DNA of 64,000 bases from Lama guanicoe (lineage: Eukaryota): the NCBI GenBank assembly GCA_013239625.1, contig MU053559.1, positions 1,490,001 through 1,554,000 on the forward strand, in the 5' to 3' direction. Under the pieces are notes generated by a model. It saw nothing but the letters and a program-made list of their open reading frames with translations, made no database searches and was not told the DNA's origin. Position numbers and translations under genes: made by a program. Every line of letters begins with the position of its first letter. Positions within the stretch are counted from its first letter, which is position 1. This document shows positions 39,165-51,390 of this stretch, one piece after another.

Positions 39165-39286
39165 GGGGGAGGGTATAGCTCAGTGATAGAGTGCGTGCCT
39201 AGCGTGCACAAGGCCCTGGGTTTAACCCCCAATACCTCCATTATAAGCAAAGAAAGAAAGAAACAAACCTAATTACTCCCATCAAA
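39165..39286 (+). mobile_element. Vic-1-type SINE
   Basis: Perfect long TSD aaaaattattcctaaaaag. Confidence 0.9.
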
Positions 39287-40771
39287 AAAAATTATTCCTA
39301 AAAAGACTATTCACTCTACAATGAGTACACATTAATTTTTAAAATAATTATGAAAGTAGTTTTTAAAATTGAAGTCAGTCAATCAAGGAAGCCTATTAAG
39401 TTTTTAATTATAAAAGTAACATATATGCTCAATACTGAACATTTGAAAAATAAAAAACAGAGACAAAGGATTATCAACCAAGGTGCTGCAACTCAAAGAT
39501 GCTACTGCCAAATAGGTACACTTCCTTTTACGCTCCTGGTTTTCTTTCTCCCCTGTTACAGAAATAATACATGTTCTATGTAAAATCCATAGAAGTACAA
39601 AGAAGAAAAGAAAACTCTGCTCTTAATCCACTTCCTAAGAAGAACCACAACTGTTAACATTTTAGTATATATCACTTTCCAGATTTACCTTCTTAAAAAA
39701 AATCCGATACTTATGTGATGTTCTACAAATTTTCACTTACTTGATTGTGAACATTTCCCAACTATTCTACTATAAAATCAGTTTCAATGGTTGGTACTAT
39801 TTCATTCTATGGCTACATTATTCCTTATCATTTCATCAAATTGGATTCCAAGTCAAATCCCTTTTCAGAGCCCTCAATGCTGCCTCAGAAAAAAACACAC
39901 ATAAAAAAGTGGCAGAAAATTATATAAACATCACTGCCAGATGATGACTGCAAAGTTACTTAAAATATCAGCAAAAATCCTACATCTGTTTCTAATTTTC
40001 TAGACTGCTCGTTACCTCTCATTTTATAGTCAGACACATAAACTGACAAAAGTAAGATTGATTCAAAATACCATTACCTAAAAACAAATACTGAACTATG
40101 AAACTAGTATATCTATTTTGATATTTCATTGCAGATAGGTGAAGCAACTCATGAAAATTCTTCTGCTTTTAAAGACTTGAAAATAGTGGTAACTACCTAA
40201 CTAATTACGTAATACTTTACTTCCAAATGACACAAGCTGCTCTTGCTCTAATTTATTCTGTGCGTATCTGTGATGTAGTTAAGAGCCAGCAAGAAATCTG
40301 ATTTTTAGGTAAGAAAGCTGAGGCTCAGTAACTTCTCTTCACTCCTATGGAAACTACTTTCTGCTTTACTCAGCTTTTCTGGACCTTCCTACCCTCTCAA
40401 GTTTTATACTTCCTATCTCAGAAAACCATTATGATATGTTTAATTTCTACAAACGCTATGAAACAAAATTCTGTGATACTCTTAGGGTTTAACAAAACCG
40501 GAGCTAGCAAGCACAGTTCCAGTAAAACCTGTCCTAAGACATTTGTGTTATGATACGAGGAAAAGACTCAAGTTTTATTTTTTCCATCTCAGAATTAATT
40601 AGCTTCTACACCTATTTTCCTGGGAACTAGAGCTTCATTTAAAAAAAATATGTCATCTCTCTCTTAATATGTAAGTCACTGATCGTTCAGCATGTTGTGA
40701 TAACCTCTTCACATATACTTGGCATTTTCTTCTTTTTGTTCTCTTGTCTTAATTCCATGATCTCAGGATTA

Positions 40772-40819
40772 TTTACTTATTTTTTATTTTAGGGGGAAGG
40801 TAATTAGGTCGGTCAGTCG

Positions 40820-40856
<37 letters not shown>

Positions 40857-40897
40857 TCTATTTAAATGGAGGTACTGGGGATTGAGCCCAGGACTGA

Positions 40898-40937
<40 letters not shown>

Positions 40938-40969
40938 TTAAATGGAGGTACTGGGGATTGAGCCCAGGA

Positions 40970-41005
<36 letters not shown>

Positions 41006-41085
41006 TTAAACGGAGGTACTGGGGATTGAGCCCAGGACCTCATGCATGCTAAGCATGCACTTACCACTGAGCTATACCCTTCCCC
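40772..41085 (-). mobile_element. Vic-1-type SINE with triplicated B-box segment and compound (TCTG)n(TCTA)n repeats
   Basis: Three tandem units seen directly; TSD tcaggatta. Confidence 0.9.
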
Positions 41086-41224
41086 TAATTTCAGGATTAG
41101 ATAGGATAACTCTAGCCAAAAAGTCCCAGGGTTTTTTCCAAGGCCTAGACTGCCTTGACTCCACACACTTTTGGTCACACTCCTGCTCCACCAGGCATTT
41201 ATCAACTTTCCTTTACCACTGAGG

Positions 41225-41485
41225 CAGCATTGTAGCATCATGCTTAAGGGTTAAGACTATGGCCTACAAAGCCGAACTGCTTGGATTTAAATCATGGCTC
41301 TGCTCCTTACCTGTGAGTGACCTTTTCCAAGTTACTCACCTTCTCTGTGGCTCATTTTCCTCATCTGTATAAAGGGGAATAATGGCACCTGGTTCATAGT
41401 TTATTCTCAATTAAGTGAGTTAATTCATTTAAATCTCATACAACAGTGCCTGACACAGACTAAACACTGTATAAGTGTTAGCTGT
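41225..41485. mobile_element. MIR SINE
   Basis: gtgaccttttccaagttactcaccttctctgtggctcattttcctcatctgta core. Confidence 0.7.
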
Positions 41486-42044
41486 TAGCTATTATTATTA
41501 TTGCCATCATTGTTGTTATAGTTATTGTTGGATTTTTATTTGTTTTAAGGTATTTTGTAATCCAGAATGACATCTAAAGAACATCACTCTTCCTGGTCAT
41601 GTTGCTTTCAAGTGCACACAACACTGCCATTTCACACATCAGATGCTAAAAGTTAAAAGGTTAAGAACATCTGATGACTTATGATGACTCATGACAGTGT
41701 TTGTTTTGATGACTTTTTCTTTAAACATGCTATATATTCTTTATGTCCACTCCTCATTATCTACCAAAAAGGAGTTTAACCTGAATAGTTAACTCTTTTG
41801 AAACCTGTATGTAGATTTTTTTAAAGTCACCATACAGTATAATGAAAACGTTTACCTCTCTGATGTTGGATTTACATGTGATTAGAAAGCTCAAAGACAT
41901 AGATAGCTTCTATATCTTACCAGATCCATATCATGTTTTTTCTCAGATTAGCAAAATCAAAAAAGAAGATATCAGAGTCTCATGATTATACTTTGGCTTC
42001 TGTTGTTTTGCAAACTAGATCTCAGATATACTTTGCAGATTTCA

Positions 42045-42162
42045 CTCTTTTTTTAAAAAATATTTTTGAGGGGGAGGTAATTAGGTTTGTTTGTTTATTT
42101 TTTTAATGGAGGTACTGGGGATTGAACCCAGGACCTCATGCACTGGGTCATACCCTCCCCCC
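42045..42162 (-). mobile_element. Vic-1-type SINE, internally deleted
   Basis: TSD actttgYagatttca. Confidence 0.85.
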
Positions 42163-42237
42163 ACTTTGTAGATTTCAGACACAGGTTTTCTACAATGTAG
42201 CCATTTTTAGTTGGTTTTTTGTTTCTAAAAATCATTC

Positions 42238-42390
42238 CTTTTTTCTTTTTCTTTATCTTCTTCGTTGGTGGGGGGAGGTAATGAGGTTGGTTGGTTTGTT
42301 TATTTTTAATGGAAGTGCTGGGGATTGAACCCAGGACCTCTTGCGTGCTAAGCTCACATTCCACCACTGAGCTACACCCTGCCGCCCTCT
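42238..42390 (-). mobile_element. Vic-1-type SINE
   Basis: TSD aaaaatcattccttt. Confidence 0.85.
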
Positions 42391-43210
42391 ACAAAAAAAA
42401 AAATCATTCCTTTTGACAGAACTGTTACAACTTTTTAAAAAAATCCACTCAGAAAGAGACTTGATGAGTTTTCCATTCACTCCTCCACTTCTGGAAGTTG
42501 GATTTTTAATTCAAACAGACTCTTCCTGAAGAGAGCCTGATCAAATGGATCATTAAATCACCAGACTGCTGCCTCCCACTGGATCACCCGCCCAACGCAG
42601 ACACTGCTGCTTCCGGAGCCCCTTACCTCCACACCCCCATTTCTTTTTCAAGTGAAAGCTGCTACCCAAAGAACCCTTCTCTACTCCTGAACGCACCGAG
42701 GAGCCCCTGCTCATGAGCCCACAGCCTCTGCTATACCAGCTCCCACCTCATTCTTTCCCATTAACTTCCTCTTTGTGGCCCCCTGGGCAAAGGCAAGTAA
42801 GGAAAGTGGTGCGGAGGTTGCTCTCACCGTCACCATGGGGGGTCCAAAAGCTGTATTCCTACATGTCTTTCCCACACTCTAACTGATGAAAATGCCAAAT
42901 AAATTTCCCCACTAAAGCATTATAAAAAGTCACTCTTTACTTTGCAGTATTACTTTTGTCAGCTTCCATAGAAATCATTTATTATCAAGAATGGAAGTTC
43001 TCTGAGGGTGGAGAATTTTTATGTATCTCCACTCCCAGCACATATTATATTTCATTAGCTCTAAGCGGCCATCAATTGCAGGATGCATTTCAGACAAGCA
43101 AAACTGTGGAAAACACAGGTACATCCTATAATCAATGAGACATGGTAACAGAGTAACTTGCACATAATGAGTGCTTAGTAAATGCTTCCTGAATTGAATT
43201 TCATTTTTAT

Positions 43211-43377
43211 TTACTTTCTTTTTTTAAGTTTAGTTCACATTTTTATTTTTTATTGTTTTTGTTTTGTTGCAGGGGAGGTAATTAGGTTTATTTATTTATA
43301 ATGGAGGTACTGGGGATTGAACCCAGGACCTCGTGCATGCTAAGTACACACTCTACCACTAAGCTATACCCTCCCTT
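43211..43377 (-). mobile_element. Vic-1-type SINE, sense to RP2, ~200 nt after the exon 2 donor
   Basis: TSD aatttcattttta. Confidence 0.9.
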
Positions 43378-43404
43378 AAATTTCATTTTTAAAAAGCTTC
43401 CTTA

Positions 43405-44358
<954 letters not shown>

Positions 44359-45419
44359 TTACTGACTTGCAACATAGTAAGAAAAATGAACAGGACAAAA
44401 AATTTTTTTTATAAATAAGTAAAAGACATGAAGGGAAAAAAGGGAGAGGAAACTTACAGATAAAGACTCAAAGAGATATCAACCAAACGATGTGTGGACC
44501 ATTGTTGGATACTGTTTCAATATACCAACTTTTTGGAAACAATTGGGGAAATTCTCATATATCCATACAGCATACTGGATGACATTCAGGGATATTTCAG
44601 CTTTGACCCTTTTCTTCTTCTGATGTTTCAGTTTTAAAATGACTTCTGCTTCTTTAAAAACTTTCGAAATTGGAAATACACCCAGATTGAAATATATTTC
44701 TCTATCCTTCCATTGAATTGATGCTTGGGTCTTAGTTGCTAAACCTCAACTGATCTGTGCAATCTGCTACAGAAAATGGAAGAAACTGAAGGCACAGGTA
44801 TCGCTATAGATCAGAATCTACATCTATAGATTTGATTCAGACATTTATTGAGCTACTCCTACAATGTGATTTTTCAAATGTCACCATTTCCATCTTTAGG
44901 TATTCTAAACTAAAGCCCACGCAATCGTTTTTTCGTTAAAGTATAGTCGATTTGCAACATTGTGTTAATTTCACATAATCTTCTAAACAGTGCGCCTGGA
45001 CTCTGTCACATTATTGTTTAAATTTTAGCTGACCTCTCAAAATATAGTCACTAAAAGGCCATTTTGACTTTTCCAAGTTATCTTTAAATCTATTTGCACT
45101 GTTTGCCTCTTTGTGAATATTAAATTTCATGCGAAACTATTCATGTATTAGAAACAGGCTCCCACAGGTACAATATGTAAAAATTTGATTACTTATGAAG
45201 GATAATTTAATCATCTTAATCATTAGCAAATTACCTTAGAGTGACTTACTCAGTATTATACAATAAATGTTGTACTTATCCAGTTTTACACAATGTACTA
45301 GAAGAAGCATTGGTCTGTAGCATGGGGCAATAAAAGAGGCACTTGGTTTTTGTGTCTCAGTTTTGTCCCCTGTGAGCAACATGAATGAAAAAGGCACTTT
45401 TAACTTTCTAGATCTTCAG

Positions 45420-46045
45420 TCATTCAACCAACATTTGAACATCCAGTATGAGCCAGACATTGTTTTAAGCACCAAAAATGAGTATGACCAGCTCTTTCCA
45501 TAAAAGACGCAGACACTAACCTAAGCAGATGATTTTAAAACAACCTGGCTGTGTAACGGGAGATGCTCAGAATATTCTGGAAACAGAGTAGGGACATCTG
45601 GGGCGGGGCACGTAGGGGTGTAAGACTTCCTGTACAAGCTGAGAAATGAACAAGCTGAAGTTCACCAGATGAAAGGGGTGGGAAGTAAAGGATCCTCCCT
45701 TCCCACGCCAGGCAAAAACTGAAAGTGGTTTGGCGCCACCAGTGATCCAGCAACGGAAGCAAATGAAGGTAGAGAGGTGGGCAGGGGCTCTATTATAAAG
45801 CTTGAAAGTTATCCATGGGCCATACGGCACTACAGAAGGATTTAAATAAGCAAAATTTACATTTCAGGAAGATGATTTAACAAGGACAAGTGGAGTGTGG
45901 ATTGGAGAGGCTGTTGCAGACGTCCAGAAAGGGCTGCAACTAGACCAGTGCTTAGCAAGGAAGGGGAAGCTGGGATGAATTTTGAGAAACACTGAGGAAG
46001 TAGAATCAGCAGATTTGGTAATTCAATGGCTGTAGGAGGTAAGGC
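45420..46045. mobile_element. L2 LINE 3' remnant
   Basis: cattcaaccaacatttgaacatccagtatgagccagacattgtt terminus followed by a purine-rich L2-like body. Confidence 0.55.
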
Positions 46046-47735
46046 AGAAGGATGGGTCAAAAATGATTCCTATAAAAGTGGAAAGAAGAAAATTCATAAG
46101 CTTATCCACACCATCTCAAATTATGCTTTTAGATGATGCAACAATGAAAAAAAAATCTGTTCTGTATAAAAGTTGTATCTTCACCTTTCTGGTAACCTTT
46201 ATTATATGCCAGGAATTAAAATTCATATTCAGATATTTATGTTAAAAAATGATTCATAGTTCTCTCACCCAGTATTTTTCCATTTTTTGACCATAATCCA
46301 CATTAGTACATTCTCCACCACAGCCCAGTACACGTTCTTATGAATATTTATACATGTACCCATACCAATGAAATCAAAGTTTCACAGAATAATACTCTTA
46401 TTTTGTGCTGAACCCGCTAATACTTTGTATTATTCCACCCACAGGTATGAAAAAAACCACTGCTTTGGTTGATGTGATTGATGTTGGTAGTGCCACTCAC
46501 CAAAAAAAATAAATAAATAAAATGGAAAATACAGGAGGCAGCACACAGGTTTAATGTGGGAAGAGGTTTCCAAGCAATTCCATTTGAAGGATTTTACGGG
46601 TGACGGACATATATTAAGGTACAGCGTTCCAGTTTGGTCTCTACCAAGATAATGCACTAGCGTAGCTGCTGGCTCTCCAGTGCCCAAGAGCAATCCCAAA
46701 CGGACCAAGCAAGGAAAACATCAGGAAAAGGGGAAACTATGAGAAACACCTGTGGTGGGCGTGGGCGGAGAAAAGAGAAGAAGGAACCTCTGAGATTTTT
46801 GCTCTTGCTTCTCCCCCTCCCAAATCATGAGATAACAATCCTCCCCTTCTACCTGCTGGGACTCAGTAGGAAGATCAGATAATTATACACAAAGCTATGC
46901 AGAGGCACTCCTTTTAATGCCGGTCCTGGGTCTCTCCATTTTACATTCTCTTCTGTCCCTACCTGCAGTACAAGGAAGCTGGGGCTGCCTTTCACTTGGA
47001 AGAGCCAGGGGAAGGGGCTGGGAATGTGGTCTTGGAGGAGGCTAATGGGATCTTGAGCCAGCCCAGGCTTTAAGAGGGAAAAAGGAACATGCAAGTGTGG
47101 TTCAAGTCAGTTCTGCTTTCAGCCTTAAGGAGGTTAAAAGTATTCTCTGGTCATCTTCAGCTTGTCTTCCTGGCACCAATCTACCTCCCACGGTGGCTGT
47201 GAGAGTACCACCAATAGGTTTTTGTTTGTTTGTTTGTTTTTTGAAAAGGAGCGAAGGAGTTGGCCTGTCTCTACCAATGCCTCAAAGTCAATGAGCAAGG
47301 GGAATCTTCAAGCTTCAGTTTACAGTATCTCTCTCTCTCACTATACCATAAACTCCTTAAAACTTTTGTGTAAAATTTTTTGTGCATTTTCCTGGGGAGT
47401 TGATTTGGGCTTTAAGACTCTGGCCAAATTATCTTTGCCTAAGACACAGACAGCAAGTTCAAAAGTTTGCAAGCACATTTATCTGAGAATGAAGTAGGAG
47501 ACAAACCAATGTTTGGATAAAGATAAAAAAATAAAACAGTTAATATTTGTTACTTAAAGGAATTTAGTTATTTTTTTGCATAGGAGATGATATATAAGAT
47601 GTACAGTACATAACAGAATTTTCAACTCTTAATATGTTATCATTAGTACTATATTAGTACTTGTTGCAAATACAGAAAGAAAATCTATTCTTAACTTTAA
47701 AATTACTGAACTGCTCTCTTAGTTGGCCTGGGCTG

Positions 47736-48756
47736 TATTATGAACTGAATGTTTTGTGTCCTCTCAAAATTCATACGCTGAAGCCCTAACACTCCAATGT
47801 GATGGTACTTGGAGGTGAGGACTTTTGGAAGTGATCAGGTTTATGTGAGGTCATGACGGAGGGGCCCTTATGATGGGATTAGTGCCCTTAGAAGAAGAGA
47901 TCGCTCTCTCTTGCTCTCTCCCCCCTCCACCTCTCTCCACGCGCAAGCAGGCGCTGAGGAAAGGCCATGTGAGCATACAGCAAGAAGGTGGCTTGACTGT
48001 AAGCAGGAAGTGGGTTTCCACCAGCGAGAACCACAGAACTGTTGGCACACTGCAACTCCATCCAAATCCCCGTGCTAAGAGACTTGATCAAACTCTAGCA
48101 TGGCTTCTAGCAGCACGAAGCTGTGTCCCTAGAATGATCTCAGGTCCCCATTAAAATGCCTGTCTGAGAAAGCTCAACCCCGCCAGGAAAATGTACTGTG
48201 TTCTAGCCAACACCTGATGCTAGGCCCCTGACCTCCGTTTCTTAGAACATTTACTAAAAAGGGCTTATAATTGTGACTGTATCTCTTACAACTAAGTGTC
48301 TCAAGGACCCAAGAGCCATTTCCTTGAAATATAATTATTAGGAAGGACAGGGCCTCTGTCTACCAGGCTCTGTGGGAGGATAGGATTCTAACTTCCGTAA
48401 CTGCCAGCTAACAAACACGACTGGCCTAATCTCACTAACAGGGACCAACTTGGTAATTTTTCACTTCTCTGACAATACTGCTCTCCTCCTTCCCTTATTC
48501 TCCCTTAAATGGCTCACATCACCTCTGCACAAATCAGAATGGAGCTCAGCTCTTTCTCCTGTCAGTAATTACTGAACAAAATCTGTTTTGCACTGCTTTA
48601 ATGTCCAGCTGAATTTATCTCTGACACCAGACGCTGGGTCTGCTGGCACCTTGATCTTGGACTTTGCAGCCTCTGGAACTATGAGACATACAGTTCTGTT
48701 GTTTAAGCCACTCAGTCTATGGCATCTTGTTATAGAGGCTTGAGCAGACTAAGGCT
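47736..48756 (+). mobile_element. MLT1 (MaLR) solo LTR, inserted into an antiparallel MLT1 and split by an ERV1 LTR
   Basis: tattatgaactgaatg... start, ...gcagactaaggct end, 5-bp TSD ggctg (47731-47735 and 48757-48761). Confidence 0.8.
48025..48626. mobile_element. ERV1-class solo LTR (MER67/MER31-like)
   Basis: Ends ...atctctgaca; 4-bp TSD ccag (48021-48024 and 48627-48630); interrupts the MLT1. Confidence 0.6.
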
Positions 48757-48857
48757 GGCTGCCATAACCAAATAACACAGACTGGGTGGCTTAAACAACA
48801 GAACTGTATGTCTCATAGTTCCAGAGGCTGCAAAGTCCAAGATCAAGGTGCCAGCAG
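48640..48857. repeat. Perfect 72-bp inverted repeat, 74-bp spacer
   Basis: 48640-48711 is the exact reverse complement of 48786-48857, checked base by base. Confidence 0.97.
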
Positions 48858-49132
48858 GGTTGGTTCCTGGTGAGCCCTTTCTTCCTGGCTTGCAGATGGC
48901 TGCCTTCTCGCATTATCCTCACATGGTCTTTCCTGGGTGGGTGCAGGGCAAGTTTTCTGGTGTCTCTTCTTATAAGGACGCTAATCCTATCAGATTTAGG
49001 GCCCCACCACTGTGACCTCATTTAATCTTAATTATTCCCATCAAGGCCCCATCTCCAAATACAACCACACTGGGAGTTGAGGGCTTCAACATATGAATTT
49101 GGGGCGGGGACACAAACATTCAGTCCATAACA
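48757..49132 (-). mobile_element. MLT1 (MaLR) solo LTR, antisense host element
   Basis: ggctgccataacc...cagtccataaca; its terminal ~20 bp lie at about 47714-47735. Confidence 0.8.
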
Positions 49133-49799
49133 GCTGCCAATGCTGAGGAGTTAAATGTAATGTACTGCTCTTTTAAGTATTTTCTCTGGACATCTCAGTT
49201 CTCATAGTTCATTGGGGGAAATTAATCCAGGAGAAATTAATCCTATAGTTAACGAGTTCTATAGTATAAAATTATCTGGGCTAGCAATATGATCTACAAA
49301 GGGGAAATTTAGGATTTATGTTGCTTTCTCAACAATTTCTGAAAGCTCTTCAAAACAAAAGGTGATAATGAACAATCCGGAGCTTAGCACCATAATAATT
49401 TTGCAAAAGTTACTAGTTCTCAAAGTGCCCCAGATCACAAACATGAAAGGTCAAGTTTTAAACTACTTTTCCACAAGAATCCTTTATGAAGTGAGCTTAG
49501 TTTAGGCTGTATTTCTTTCTATAATCCTTGAAAGGTAGTGGATATACTTTCAAAATCAAAGAAACATTTCAAGAGTTGGAATTCACCTGATAACAGCTAC
49601 TAAACTAAATTAGGAATTTTTTTCCTAACAGAAAACAAAAGTAAACATCTTATTCTTTTACTGAGCAGTTATGTAAATTTTTCATGAAAATTCACCCCCA
49701 CAGATAAACATCCATAATGATAATCTGAGATGAAATAATGGAATTTATTAATTTTAATGGAAATTTGGTCTGGGTAGAAGTTCAAAATCAGACCCAGGA

Positions 49800-50020
49800 G
49801 CATAAGAAGTACTACATAGGTACCAGGCACCATTCTAAGTGCTTTGTTCATTCAGTCCTCATAAAAACCCCTCTGAGAGTTGTGTACTATAATTATCTCT
49901 GTTTTAAAGATGAGAAAATTGAGGCACTCAGAGGTTAAATAACTTGCCCAAGGTCACACAATTAGTATGTGCTTGAGCTGAGTCTCACACTTAGACAGTT
50001 TGGCCCCTAAATACATTCTC
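49800..50020. mobile_element. MIR SINE
   Basis: gatgagaaaattgaggcactcagaggttaaataacttgcccaaggtcacac core. Confidence 0.7.
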
Positions 50021-50079
50021 TTGGCTGCTCCTTCATATTCAATCATATTCAAACAGAAACCAATGTTTACTAGGTGAAT

Positions 50080-51390
50080 AAATTAATGAAATAGAACAGA
50101 ATTCAAAAATAGACTTATGTATATATTGACAAAGGTGCAGAGGCAATTCAATAGAGAAAGGATAGTCTTTTCAACAAATGGTGCTGGAACAATTGAACAT
50201 CTACATGTTAAAAAAAATTGTAAAAGGAATCTCCATACCTTGTACCATATTTAACAATTAGCTCAAAATGGATCATAGAACCTAAATATAAAACCAAACA
50301 CTCTAAATCTTCTAGAAGAAAACAGAGGAGAAAATCTTTGTAATCTTGGGTTGGCAAAGATTTCCTAGATGTGAAACCAAAAACACAACCCATAAAAGAG
50401 AAAATTGGACTTTTATCAAAATTGTAAACTTTTGTTCTTCAAAAGACACTGTTAAGAGAAGACAAGACATTATTTGGGGGAAAAAATTTGCAAGACACAC
50501 ATGACAAGGGACTGATAGCCAAGATATATAAAAACTCCCAAAACTCAAGAAAATAAATAACCCAGTAAAAAAAATGGACAAAAGATTTTAATAAACACTT
50601 CACCAAAGAAAATATATGGATGGTAAATAAGTACATGGAAAAATGTTCAACATAATTAGTCATTAGGGAAATGCAAATTAAACCACAGTGAAACACCACT
50701 ACACTCCTATTAGAATGGCTAAGATTTTTAAAAAACTGACCATACCAAGTGCTGGCGAGGACGCAGAGAAACTGCATCTCTTATAGACTGCTGGAGGGAA
50801 TGCAAAATAGCACAGCCACTTTGGAAAAGAGTTTGGCAATTTCTTACAAGGTTTAATACACAATCAGCAATCCTATTCTTAGGTATTCATGCAAGTGGAA
50901 GGAAAGCTAATGTTTATTCAAAAACTTGTATGCATATGTTTATGGTAGCTTTATTCGCAATTACCAGAATTTATAAGCAACCTGAATGTTCTTCAACTGG
51001 TGAATGGATAAACAAATGGGGTACATCCATATAATGGACTACTTACTATTCAGCAATAAAAAGGAACTCCTAATGCGTGCAATCACATGGTTGAATCTTA
51101 AAAGTATCATGCTAAGTGAAAGAAGCCAGACTCAAAAGGTTACCAACTATGTGATTCCATTTATATGACATTCTCAAAAAGACAAAACTATACGGATAAG
51201 AAACTGATCAGAGGCTGGAGGCAGGGTTGACTGCAAAGGAGCATGACGAAATTTGGGGGGATGATGGTACTGTTTCACATCTTGATTGTGGTGATAGTTA
51301 CATGACTGTATTTGCCTATCAAAATTCATAGAACTGTACACTTAAAAAGGTTAAATTTTACTTTAGGGAAATTATACTTCAATTAAAATA
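50080..51390 (+). mobile_element. Old L1 ORF2 C-terminus and 3'UTR
   Basis: gtcttttcaacaaatggtgctggaacaattg and gggaaatgcaaattaaaccacagtg motifs; A-rich end. Confidence 0.8.

Noticed and set aside
40809..41040. CRISPR-like repeat-spacer array
   Set aside because: The repeats are SINE fragments and the spacers are simple tetranucleotide repeats in mammalian DNA; no cas genes.
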